From a candidate division WS6 bacterium GW2011_GWF2_39_15 (GTDB taxonomy: Bacteria > Patescibacteriota > Dojkabacteria > SC72), in NCBI GenBank assembly GCA_000993565.1, contig LBWK01000001.1, forward strand, positions 300,208 through 364,207: DNA of 64,000 nucleotides. Reading direction: 5' to 3'. The position numbers and the translations under genes were made by a program. Shown here one piece after another: positions 29,908 through 39,082 of this stretch. Position 1 is the stretch's first letter. Every line of letters begins with the position of its first letter. The notes under the pieces were generated by a model. It saw only the letters and a program-made list of their open reading frames with translations, had not been told where the DNA came from and did not search any database.

Positions 29908-32900
29908 ATGGGACTTAACGCCGGTGGTATGCAAGAAATACATCCTGATATCCAGTCAGATAGAGAGTTAATAACCTCTGGTAAAGTTCCTCAGGGAACT
30001 GCTGAAGCTAATGACAAATTAAATACTCCAGTAGTAGATATTACAAAGACAACTGGTTATTATGGGAATGATTTAACAACCGATCCTCTCCCGCTTACTG
30101 CTGAAGCGACAGCAAAGATACTTAGAAGAGGTCCTGCACAAAATGAAGATAATGGAGAAACAGGCTTGAAAGCCGGCGAGGAAAGACCTAAAACTCAATC
30201 TGCTATTCCTGTAGCCAACGGATCAGCTTATGTCGAATCAGTTAGTCCTTCAACCCCTGCACAGCAGACACCAGACACCGAAGGACTTGATCAACTTAAT
30301 ACCCCCTTATATACGCTTACTGGAGGAGGAGAGACCACTTCGACTAATGTAACTACGCCAAATGCAACAGAAGGTAAAGCAGGTAAAAACGGTACTGATA
30401 CATCAGATGACTTAGTAGCAAAGCTAAGATCAATGTTGTCCCAGGCTGACAAAGATAAGCCTAAAGAACACACTATAGAAACACCTGTAGCCCAGGATCT
30501 CAATCAGGCAGTTACAGCTTTGGCTGCAGAAGTTGCTAAGGAACCTGAAAATAATTCAAAGAAGGAAGAGTTGAACGGCTTAAAGGAATTAAGTCAATCT
30601 GTAACGAACCTCTCACAACAGATAAACCAGGTGAAAATAGAAATCACAAATCAAGTTAATACTCAGGTTGCCCAAATTACTGCAAAGATGGAAGAATCTA
30701 AAGATAAGCTGGCAGGAACGGTAAACCACTATTATATGCAAGGGGGCTCAGTATTTCACGGGACAGTAGGAGCAGGTACACATATAGAAGTTACAAATAC
30801 GGCAAGTAATTTTAATACAGGAGCAGCAGGAATAAGCGTTAGAAATACAGCAGACCACGGAAGTACAATAAACAATGGCAATATTGTAGATGCAGGTGTT
30901 AATCTGGGTATACTAGATTTGAATGCAATGATGGAAGAAGCTGAAAATTTGGACAGGCTTGCAGACGAACCAGAAGCGCCAACTTCTCTAAGTGAGGCGG
31001 CAAGGGACACAGCCGATAAGGCGAGAGAGCTTACAGAGGATATAAAGACAAGAAAAACTGATCGAGTAACAGATCCGGCAGTTACACCTGATTCAAGTTC
31101 AACAACTCATCCACCCGTAATAAAACCTCAACCAAATGTAACACCGAACGATAATCCTCCTACACCTCCACAACCGGCAGTAGCAGTAACAGATGACAGT
31201 AGTGAGCATAAAGACACCGGAGTAACCCCAGAAGAGCAACCTACTTCCGATCCTAAGAAAGCAGCAGAGAATCTAGTAGGGCCATTGACTCCTGAAGAGT
31301 CACAGGAATTTGATAATGCGAATGAAAAGAAAGGTTTTCTCTTCAGCATAAAGAGAATGTTCAGCGGTGAAAACTGGAAGAGATGGGTACCAACAGTGAT
31401 AGGGTCGATCGCAGGTTCATTCGGGGTAAAACTGTTTGCAGGAGCAGCTCTATCAATGGGTCCAATTGGAACCGCATTACTCGGAGGTGCAATGGCTGGT
31501 TTTGCCATATATTCAGGATATAGAGCTATCAAGAACTTAAGTGAGGCAGCCAAGGCGGAAGGTAAATCTGTATGGCAGGTAATGGGCAACTTGGATTTTG
31601 TAAAAGGAGCCTTACTTGGAGGATTAATTTCTGGGGTAGGTAAAGCTTCAGCGAAGTTTATCCCTGGATTCGGTTCGCTTATGGCACTTGGACTTGAAGG
31701 AGGAACTTCGTGGCTATTTGAAAATCACCTTAACAAGAAACAGCAGGAATTAGTTAACAAATACATGGATACATACCAGGCACGCAGGTATGCAAATCTT
31801 AAGGATAAAGGATATGTCATTAGAGGTGCTGAAGGAGCACCTGCTGTAGGAATGGAATCCATACTTAAAGATATGACAAGTGCACCTTCAGAATCAGAAA
31901 AGAAGGTAGCAAAGAGAGCTGCACTTGCTTCCCTTATACATCTCTACAGCATAACTAAGGATGATGCCCATAAATTTGTTGAGTATACGATAAAGGAGAA
32001 CGGTGTCGATAAGGTGATTAAGGTTGATATTACACAAATTGCGATTGATGAAGCAGAAGGAAGTACAGAGAAATACAGAATGCTTCAACTTAAAGATACT
32101 GACAAGATTAATGTCGAGAAATTTATAGATACATTAGATACAGCCAAACTTACATCAGCGATTCAAGATGCATGGAACAAAACCGATGCAACTAAGAGGG
32201 CTGATATGGCTAAGGATCTTGTAAACCTCTTCGTTGGCTTGGAAGGCACAGAAGTAGAGAAGATTATGTCGGAAGAGAGAAAGAGCTATCTCTCATGGAT
32301 CAACTTCACAACTGGGTTACACTTTGGTATGGCGGCAGTAAATGTTGGATCCTCTCTTGCAGGAGCTTACGGAGCATTCAGAGACAATTTTGGTGTCAAT
32401 CATGATGCACAGGGAGTAAACACCTCAGATTCTCAACAAGCAACAGAAGATTATAGAAGTGCCCATCCAGAAGCCCCGCAGGCAGAAGTAGAGAGGGTAG
32501 TAAATGCTGAAGGCCACATAATTGATAAGGTAGATGTAGACGGAGGCGGCGTAGACTACTACGTCGACCAAACTACAAACCAATATGTTGTACTTTCTGG
32601 GACCGGTGCTGAAAGCGTATTTGAAATACAACACCCGGATCTTGGACAGGTAACCGCAACTGAAGTAACTACCCACGGAGATACAGGCATTGTTGCCACT
32701 TTGAGTGATAATGCAGGAAAAGTTGTTGGTGTAACATATGCCGACTCTACTGGACACATTGGAGTTTTGGATATGAACGGCGTAGGTCAGCATCTATTTG
32801 CAGGTGGAGGAGAGAGCCCAATACACGGAGTAACTCTCACTGATATACAGCCAAATGGTGATGCAACATTAGTTTTAGACAATGTAAACCATCAAGTAAA

Positions 32901-35259
32901 TCTAGGAAATCTTAACCTTGAACTTGACGGATCATCAACATCAGAGGTTCAGACACAGATTGGTGTATTGATGCCACAGAGTGGAGATTCAGTAAATAGT
33001 ATGCTTCACCATACAATTGAACAGGCTAAAACTCTGAATCCTAATTTGCAACAATATGACAATCTGGAACTTGAGAGAATGCTTTACCAGGAAGGAAGTG
33101 GTATCCATGCTAATGACGCCGCGATAAGGCAGGAGTTAGGTATCAGGGGAGCACTTGATGTATCAGAGGAATGGAGCTGGAAAGATTCACCTACAATTAT
33201 GTCCTGGCTAACGGAGCTTAACGGTGGGAATACTGTGGAACTAGGTTCACAGACAGTTACAGGCGGAACACCTGGTGTAAACACTTTCTTTGAAGGGCCG
33301 GAAGTTTCCGCATTTGACGTTGCAAATGCAGGATCTGCACCTGGAGAATCAGGTGGCTTTATCAGTGTAATGGATAGAATCGTAGAGCCATCACTTCTTG
33401 CTTTGGTAGGTGGTGTGATGGCAGGTGTATTTGCTTCACAACCTAAGAGTGGCGGTATTTCAAGGCAGAACGATGTAAATACCGCAACGGCAAAAGCCGG
33501 TGATGATAAGACAAAAGATGACAAAGGCAAGGGAGTAAGCAAAGAAACCTCAGTTGAATTAGCAGCAGGAGAAGGAGCTGTTGAAAAGAAAGTCGGAGGG
33601 CCAAAGGATGTAATCGTAAATCAGATACTTAAGAACGTTATACCTAATAAATATGTTGAGATAGCTGGAAAGAAATATATTCAGGTAGAGAGTGCACCTG
33701 GGCAATGGAAAGAAAAAGATGTTAAAGACGCCCAGCCTATATCAGCTGAAGACCTTGCAGATCTACTCTTGAATCAAACGGATAAGAATCTAAGAAGTAA
33801 AGATCTATCTGGAATACTTAATAGTGCGGCCATCAAAGGTGGGGCAACTATAAAATTAACGGAGGAAGATGGTTCTGAGACAACATATAAGAAGTCCGTA
33901 AAAGACAATGAACCAGGAAAGAGGCCTGTCAAATTAGTATCATGGATTAACACAGAGACAAAGAAGAGTAGCGATGTTCTAACTAGCGATGCACTTGCGA
34001 CCAAGATCCTTGATTTGAAGGAAAAGACAGTTACAGTATCAACGCCATCTGGAAGTCCACAAGGAGGACCAAGTGCTGAAGCTGGTGGAGACGAAACAAA
34101 GAAAGAGGGTGAGGTAGATAAGGAAAAAGCTCTGAAAGAAACTTTAAACAATATATTAGAAACTCTTCATATTGATAAAAAGCAAGTTGTTATTAATGGT
34201 GAAAAATACGAATATAACAAGGATGCCAAAATATGGATAAAGTCAGGTGCATTGTTCAACAAGAATCTAATTCAGAAAGGCTCTGATAATCTTAGTGACC
34301 AGCAAGTTGTTGAATCCTGGATTAAACTTGAGTCAAAACAGCTTGGGAAGGATTTGGAAACAACTCTTGGGAACGTCGACAGTGGGAAAAAGATAAATGT
34401 TATTGACGAAATATTTAGTAAGACACCGACCTCAGTATTGAAACAAGCAAATTACAATGGCGATGTTTATACTTATGATTCAGAAAAAGATGTATGGAAT
34501 AAGGATAAAAAGAGTAAAACGGCAAGTCCAAAGAGTATCACAGGATCTGGAATGACAACCTATATAGCGAATGGTACGGCCAACGCACTCCCAAGCAAAA
34601 AAGAAAATCTGATTTGGAAATCAGATACCAGAGCTTTTAATGACAAAGATTTGGCATTAGAAATTGCAAAACTGAGGGTAAGCACTAAGGAAGTAAAGTC
34701 TGAAACAAAATCCGCAGACAGTAATGCAGAAGGGGAAAAGAACAAGGAAGAAAAAGAGAAGAAAGAAAGTAAGGGCAGAAAACTCCTTAAGACAGCGCTT
34801 ATAGTATTAGCCGTAGCAGGAGGTATTACCTCATATGCAGTTGGTGGTTGGCAAGTAGCAGCAATTACATCAGGCATCAGCTGGTTGACGACACTTGGTC
34901 TAAATATCGGAGAAGGTTTGGCACAAAAAGGTATAAGCAAGAGACAAGCCGAAGCCGCTGAACTAGCAGAAAAGCTTAAAAACGAGAAACGAGCACTGAA
35001 GCCTGATGAAGAAAAGTCGTTGGAGGAAAGGAAGAGGAAGGACGAAAGGGCTAGAAATATTATTTATTGGCTCAAATTTGCCAGTAAAGTCACGGGTGCC
35101 CTATCAATATCATCTGGAGCTTCTGCACTGTTAGGTTTAGTGATTGATAAGTTCCAGATTAACATAAAAGGAATAATCGGAGGTGCTTTCAATAGACCAG
35201 AGATAAACCAAGTTCCTTTTGAACAAACAATAGACGAATCACTTAACTTAGGAAAGTAA
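29908..35259 (+). CDS. giant (1783 aa) membrane-anchored protein with low-complexity regions, Gly-rich TM segments and a 55-aa module shared with the 35741..37288 product
   Basis: Continuous ORF. TM-like segments at about aa 490-540, 560-600 and 1640-1720. Shared module at aa 275-330 (YYMQGGSVFHGTVGAGTHIEVTNTASNFNTGAAGISVRNTADHGSTINNGNI). Degenerate G-x-Y-x-Y...W-x-K repeats at about aa 1200-1500. Confidence 0.6.
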   Translation: MGLNAGGMQEIHPDIQSDRELITSGKVPQGTAEANDKLNTPVVDITKTTGYYGNDLTTDPLPLTAEATAKILRRGPAQNEDNGETGLKAGEERPKTQSAIPVANGSAYVESVSPSTPAQQTPDTEGLDQLNTPLYTLTGGGETTSTNVTTPNATEGKAGKNGTDTSDDLVAKLRSMLSQADKDKPKEHTIETPVAQDLNQAVTALAAEVAKEPENNSKKEELNGLKELSQSVTNLSQQINQVKIEITNQVNTQVAQITAKMEESKDKLAGTVNHYYMQGGSVFHGTVGAGTHIEVTNTASNFNTGAAGISVRNTADHGSTINNGNIVDAGVNLGILDLNAMMEEAENLDRLADEPEAPTSLSEAARDTADKARELTEDIKTRKTDRVTDPAVTPDSSSTTHPPVIKPQPNVTPNDNPPTPPQPAVAVTDDSSEHKDTGVTPEEQPTSDPKKAAENLVGPLTPEESQEFDNANEKKGFLFSIKRMFSGENWKRWVPTVIGSIAGSFGVKLFAGAALSMGPIGTALLGGAMAGFAIYSGYRAIKNLSEAAKAEGKSVWQVMGNLDFVKGALLGGLISGVGKASAKFIPGFGSLMALGLEGGTSWLFENHLNKKQQELVNKYMDTYQARRYANLKDKGYVIRGAEGAPAVGMESILKDMTSAPSESEKKVAKRAALASLIHLYSITKDDAHKFVEYTIKENGVDKVIKVDITQIAIDEAEGSTEKYRMLQLKDTDKINVEKFIDTLDTAKLTSAIQDAWNKTDATKRADMAKDLVNLFVGLEGTEVEKIMSEERKSYLSWINFTTGLHFGMAAVNVGSSLAGAYGAFRDNFGVNHDAQGVNTSDSQQATEDYRSAHPEAPQAEVERVVNAEGHIIDKVDVDGGGVDYYVDQTTNQYVVLSGTGAESVFEIQHPDLGQVTATEVTTHGDTGIVATLSDNAGKVVGVTYADSTGHIGVLDMNGVGQHLFAGGGESPIHGVTLTDIQPNGDATLVLDNVNHQVNLGNLNLELDGSSTSEVQTQIGVLMPQSGDSVNSMLHHTIEQAKTLNPNLQQYDNLELERMLYQEGSGIHANDAAIRQELGIRGALDVSEEWSWKDSPTIMSWLTELNGGNTVELGSQTVTGGTPGVNTFFEGPEVSAFDVANAGSAPGESGGFISVMDRIVEPSLLALVGGVMAGVFASQPKSGGISRQNDVNTATAKAGDDKTKDDKGKGVSKETSVELAAGEGAVEKKVGGPKDVIVNQILKNVIPNKYVEIAGKKYIQVESAPGQWKEKDVKDAQPISAEDLADLLLNQTDKNLRSKDLSGILNSAAIKGGATIKLTEEDGSETTYKKSVKDNEPGKRPVKLVSWINTETKKSSDVLTSDALATKILDLKEKTVTVSTPSGSPQGGPSAEAGGDETKKEGEVDKEKALKETLNNILETLHIDKKQVVINGEKYEYNKDAKIWIKSGALFNKNLIQKGSDNLSDQQVVESWIKLESKQLGKDLETTLGNVDSGKKINVIDEIFSKTPTSVLKQANYNGDVYTYDSEKDVWNKDKKSKTASPKSITGSGMTTYIANGTANALPSKKENLIWKSDTRAFNDKDLALEIAKLRVSTKEVKSETKSADSNAEGEKNKEEKEKKESKGRKLLKTALIVLAVAGGITSYAVGGWQVAAITSGISWLTTLGLNIGEGLAQKGISKRQAEAAELAEKLKNEKRALKPDEEKSLEERKRKDERARNIIYWLKFASKVTGALSISSGASALLGLVIDKFQINIKGIIGGAFNRPEINQVPFEQTIDESLNLGK
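30730..30887 (+). repeat. copy A of a ~158-bp inverted repeat (in-frame, inside the giant gene)
   Basis: About 90% nucleotide identity to the reverse complement of 37091-37246. Confidence 0.8.
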
Positions 35260-35285
35260 AAATTAAACTATAAAAGACTTGAGAT

Positions 35286-35729
35286 ATGGTAGAGGAAATT
35301 GCAAAACTAATAGATCAGTTAAAAACTTACGGCCTTGATAATGCAAAACTATCAGCTCTATACCAGTTGGCAGTAGAAGATTTTCTTGAGGAGGTTCAAA
35401 CAGACCTAACAGAAATCTCCGATAGTGACCTAACCGACATAGAGTCATCACTTAAAGACATAACCATTGATAGCTTAGCAGAAGGTAATAATGATCCTTT
35501 CATGACGACTTTACGAAAACTATATGGAGCTCAAGCAGAACCGAGATTCTTGAAATTCCTTAAGGAATACTTTGAAGATGCTGTTAAGCAAGCCCAATCA
35601 GCAAAAGAGCTACTAGAGAAATATAAAGCTAATGATCCTGAAGTTCTAAAGAAGTTAGAGGAAGCAAAAATGAACGAGGATTATGATACGATGGAGGCTA
35701 TTATCAAGAGCCTTAATCCTGGAGAATAG
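35286..35729 (+). CDS. small acidic helical protein following the giant protein gene
   Basis: ORF; pI acidic; no family recognised. Confidence 0.4.
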   Translation: MVEEIAKLIDQLKTYGLDNAKLSALYQLAVEDFLEEVQTDLTEISDSDLTDIESSLKDITIDSLAEGNNDPFMTTLRKLYGAQAEPRFLKFLKEYFEDAVKQAQSAKELLEKYKANDPEVLKKLEEAKMNEDYDTMEAIIKSLNPGE

Positions 35730-35740
35730 TCTTAAAAGAG

Positions 35741-37288
35741 TTATTCTCTAACCCTTACAAACTCACTTTGTGATACAAAATGTATCCCGGTATCTGCTTG
35801 AAACACCTTTCTTCCTTCTTCAAACCACTTACCTTCAGGTGGATTGATCGAAGTCAGAATACCCAAGTATACAAAAGCTAAAAGCTGACATCCTGCCGGA
35901 GATTTATCAAACTTCTGCAACTTTGTATTTACTTTTGCTTTCTGTAATTCATTAAGTTCATCAGTTTCAAGAGGGGAGAGAAGATTGAATGAGCCTTTTT
36001 CTTCAATCATTATTCTAAATACTGAATTGAACTGCATATTCATATTACTAGCCAACCAATGTATTTTTTCTGAAGGTGTAAAATCGTCCCTCCAACCATC
36101 TGGGATTCTATCTTTTCGGATACCACCTTCCATTGGATCCACATAGTGAATTACATATCCTCCAAAGGCTTCATCTTTCACAGGAGTACTCAATATCGCA
36201 CGCGCATGTCCGCCAATATGACGATCCTGGGAAGAATAGTAGATACCAACCGGAATTCCCCATCTGTCTCCAAGCTTTGCCATATCAGTTACATTTATCT
36301 CAGTCTCTCTATTGGCATAGCTATCTAGACGGGGAACATCATCCTGTGCTCTTGGCCAGACATCATGATCAGGAAGTTCATCCGTTGTAATGTGGAATTC
36401 GGCTGGCCTACCAGGTTCCCTTGTTTCATGAACGTTTAGGTCATCGATATAAGGAGGTACAAAACCATGCAAAAGGTACTCTCTAACATCGGAACCTTTC
36501 TGGGACAAGATTTTCCTGAACATATCTTCAAGATAATTCGCAACGGTCAGGTTCCTATTTACCCAATGCTGAACCAGTGAGGCATCCATAATGGGTTCCT
36601 CAAGTAGAACAGCTGGAACCTCAACCATTAACCGGCTATGATCTTCCTGCTCTCGGATTATTAGGATAAATAAAGGGTTTTCTTTAGTATCAGAATCCAG
36701 TTCATCTTCTTTTGTCACAACAATATCAACGACGTCTTCATCCTCTTTTGTTTCAATATCAGGGTAAATACTAACCATGTCTTCAAGGTTTTCACCTAAG
36801 GCTTCAGTGAGTTGCATTTGATTTTTTACAATTTGTATTTGGTCATCAATGCTATCTATTTCCTCGCTTATGTCTAAATCTCCGTGATCTGTACTCGTAT
36901 GTGGAGCTGTTTCTTCTCCTTTTGGTCGCAGCGGCTCATCAGATTTTGAAGGAATTGTGGATACCGGAGTTGCACTGTCTACTTTCTGAGGTTCTGGGGT
37001 TGAGGTCTTCTTTTCTGTATCATCAAAGGTAGCAGCTTCTTCCATTGTAGTATCCTGTGTCAAAGTTTTCAGACTAGTCTTTGTGACGGCAATATTGCCA
37101 TTGTTTATTGTGCTTCCATGGTCTGCTGTATTTCTAACGCCTATTCCGACTGCTCCTGTATTGAAATTACTTGCCATATTTGTAACTTCTATATGGGAAT
37201 CTGATCCTACTGTTCCGTGAAATACTGAGCCCCCATGCATATAATATTCATTTGAAGATTCAACACTTTTCTTCCTTTGACCATTCAT
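35741..37288 (-). CDS. 515-aa protein with the shared N-terminal module (aa 15-70) and an unrelated C-terminal body
   Basis: N-terminal YYMHGGSVFHGTVGSDSHIEVTNMASNFNTGAVGIGVRNTADHGSTINNGNI, followed by an acidic linker and a ~300-aa C-terminal domain. Confidence 0.5.
   Translation of the reverse strand: MNGQRKKSVESSNEYYMHGGSVFHGTVGSDSHIEVTNMASNFNTGAVGIGVRNTADHGSTINNGNIAVTKTSLKTLTQDTTMEEAATFDDTEKKTSTPEPQKVDSATPVSTIPSKSDEPLRPKGEETAPHTSTDHGDLDISEEIDSIDDQIQIVKNQMQLTEALGENLEDMVSIYPDIETKEDEDVVDIVVTKEDELDSDTKENPLFILIIREQEDHSRLMVEVPAVLLEEPIMDASLVQHWVNRNLTVANYLEDMFRKILSQKGSDVREYLLHGFVPPYIDDLNVHETREPGRPAEFHITTDELPDHDVWPRAQDDVPRLDSYANRETEINVTDMAKLGDRWGIPVGIYYSSQDRHIGGHARAILSTPVKDEAFGGYVIHYVDPMEGGIRKDRIPDGWRDDFTPSEKIHWLASNMNMQFNSVFRIMIEEKGSFNLLSPLETDELNELQKAKVNTKLQKFDKSPAGCQLLAFVYLGILTSINPPEGKWFEEGRKVFQADTGIHFVSQSEFVRVRE
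37091..37246 (-). repeat. copy B of the ~158-bp inverted repeat (in-frame, 5' end of the 515-aa gene)
   Basis: Reverse complement aligns to 30730-30887 with ~13 mismatches across ~156-158 nt. Confidence 0.8.
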
Positions 37289-37333
37289 GACTTTATATGT
37301 GTGATGTATTTTTTAAGTATAACATAACGGAGA

Positions 37334-38644
37334 TTATTTCAGCGGATGCTTCTCCTTATGCGTCTCCTGTGCATACTTATCTGATGCATGCACATATCTT
37401 GTTGTTGTATTGAGACTTTCATGACCAAGCAATACCTGTATAGCAGCAGGACTCGCACCATTTTCAGCCAAATATGTTGCAAAACCATGCCTTAAACTAT
37501 GTGCAGAAGTAGGGACTAAAATGCCTAATCTACGCCTATAATTAGCAATACACTCCTGAAAATAGTTTGTAGATAATCGCGCATTTACATGTTTAGCCCT
37601 AGTCCCGCGAAGCGGAGTAAACAGGGCAGGGGAGTCAAACTTATCCAAGTATCTTGATTTCCTATATTCCTCAATGGTTTTCACATACCTCCACCTATCG
37701 TTTGCATCACTTATGAGATCAACAATATCCTTATTATCCTCAGATGTTTCACGATCAAGTATAAAAGCATGTCTCAGCCTTATCTCTAAATATCTATCCA
37801 ACCAATCCATTGCCCGGTCAGTCATATAAACGAACCTCTCTTTCTTTCCTTTACCCTTTATAAACAGCTTCCCGTCAAGGTTTATCTGATCCAGATTGAG
37901 ATTAATAAGCTCCGAGATACGCATACCAGTTGAAAAAAGCAACTCCATCATTGCACGATTACGCACTCCGACATCATGATCGTGCTCAAACTCAACCGGT
38001 GACTCAATCAGTCTAACTAAATCTTCCAACTCAGCCACCTGTGATTTCTTCTTGTCCGCCTTAATTAATTTAATTGCATCAGGAGGAATTGGAACCTCCA
38101 AATCTCTATCAATTCTGAATTTCAAATAACTTCTGATTGCACTCAACATACGATTGACGCTTCGGGCATCCAAACCGGTATCAGATCGACTGGAGACATT
38201 GGCAGGCTTACCGTGTACCCCAAGACTTCCGAACACCTTGCGATATACATCCTCGAGAAATTTTCCTTTAAACTCGGTACTTTCCGTCTCACTCACAGGT
38301 CTCAATACAGTACCCTCAGGCACTTCGACGGTTCTAGACCCCTTGTAGCCCTTTGAGGTATCTTCCTGTGCTGTATCAACCTTTCTTAAGTATTTCTCCC
38401 TTATTTTATCCAAATCCTTCAAATGATCACCATTTCTAAGGTAGCCCTTGTACAAAGTCACCTGTTCTTTATTCAACTTCTCAAAGGAATACGAATTAGC
38501 ATCAAGAAACACTGCAAAAATTGAAAGATCCCGTGCGTAATTAAGTACTGTCTGCATACTATAATTGTTATTCTGAAGCTCTAAAAGAAAGGAGTCCTGA
38601 TCAGGAAGCTTCGGAATTACTGTGTTCATATTTTTAGAAGACAT
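37334..38644 (-). CDS. tyrosine site-specific recombinase (XerC/XerD-like integrase family) with a ~100-aa insertion
   Basis: C-terminal catalytic region AHSLRHGFATYLAENGASPAAIQVLLGHESLNTTTRYVHA (H-x-x-R ... Y) and an N-terminal core-binding-like helix NYARDLSIFAVFL; 436 aa against ~300 for canonical Xer. Confidence 0.8.
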   Translation of the reverse strand: MSSKNMNTVIPKLPDQDSFLLELQNNNYSMQTVLNYARDLSIFAVFLDANSYSFEKLNKEQVTLYKGYLRNGDHLKDLDKIREKYLRKVDTAQEDTSKGYKGSRTVEVPEGTVLRPVSETESTEFKGKFLEDVYRKVFGSLGVHGKPANVSSRSDTGLDARSVNRMLSAIRSYLKFRIDRDLEVPIPPDAIKLIKADKKKSQVAELEDLVRLIESPVEFEHDHDVGVRNRAMMELLFSTGMRISELINLNLDQINLDGKLFIKGKGKKERFVYMTDRAMDWLDRYLEIRLRHAFILDRETSEDNKDIVDLISDANDRWRYVKTIEEYRKSRYLDKFDSPALFTPLRGTRAKHVNARLSTNYFQECIANYRRRLGILVPTSAHSLRHGFATYLAENGASPAAIQVLLGHESLNTTTRYVHASDKYAQETHKEKHPLK

Positions 38645-39082
38645 GGGAGTAGGGGGGTGAAATTTTAGTATTTAGGATAGTAGGGATATAGGAGGTATTA
38701 ATAACATAATTTACTATCTTTCTATCCAGATCTTCATACATAATAAATAATAGCATCTATTGTGAATATATAAAAATAGCTTAAATAGAGCACTTCTCTG
38801 TTCTCCTCTATGCTCTACCGCATATAAGAGCGATTATACTCGGTAGTATATTACCTGATATATACTACTCTGTAAAGGGAAGACCCATCATATTAAAGGT
38901 GTGCACACATTCATATAAATAAATATTAAGACCCTTTATTAATAAGTACTAATAATAAAGATTATTCATTGATAGAAGGAGGTACTACACTGTAAAGATA
39001 TCCACAGATTTACTATAAGATATTAATCACTATGGGATAGCTAGCACTCCCCCTCCCCTTTGCTTATCGTAACATGGAAAAA

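Noticed and set aside
30291-34940. Multiple 60-150-aa ORFs antisense to the giant protein gene
   Set aside because: All lie within the continuous 5.35-kb sense ORF; their translations are low-complexity (Ser/Pro/Ala-rich). There is no independent support.
30730-37246. Diversity-generating retroelement (template/variable repeat pair) as an explanation for the two near-identical 158-bp copies
   Set aside because: The mismatches between the copies are not adenine-specific (e.g. cac/gaa, gca/tca, ggt/gat, gta/gcc, acg/atg). No reverse-transcriptase ORF is present nearby. The copies are inverted and in-frame in two complete genes, which fits recombination better than mutagenic retrohoming.
37334-38644. 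Integrated prophage or integrative element delimited by the tyrosine recombinase and the tRNA-Leu gene
   Set aside because: The tRNA (50265-50348) is ~12 kb away with housekeeping genes (ruvABC, yebC) in between. No phage structural, replication or excisionase genes and no direct repeat of a tRNA 3' end were seen.
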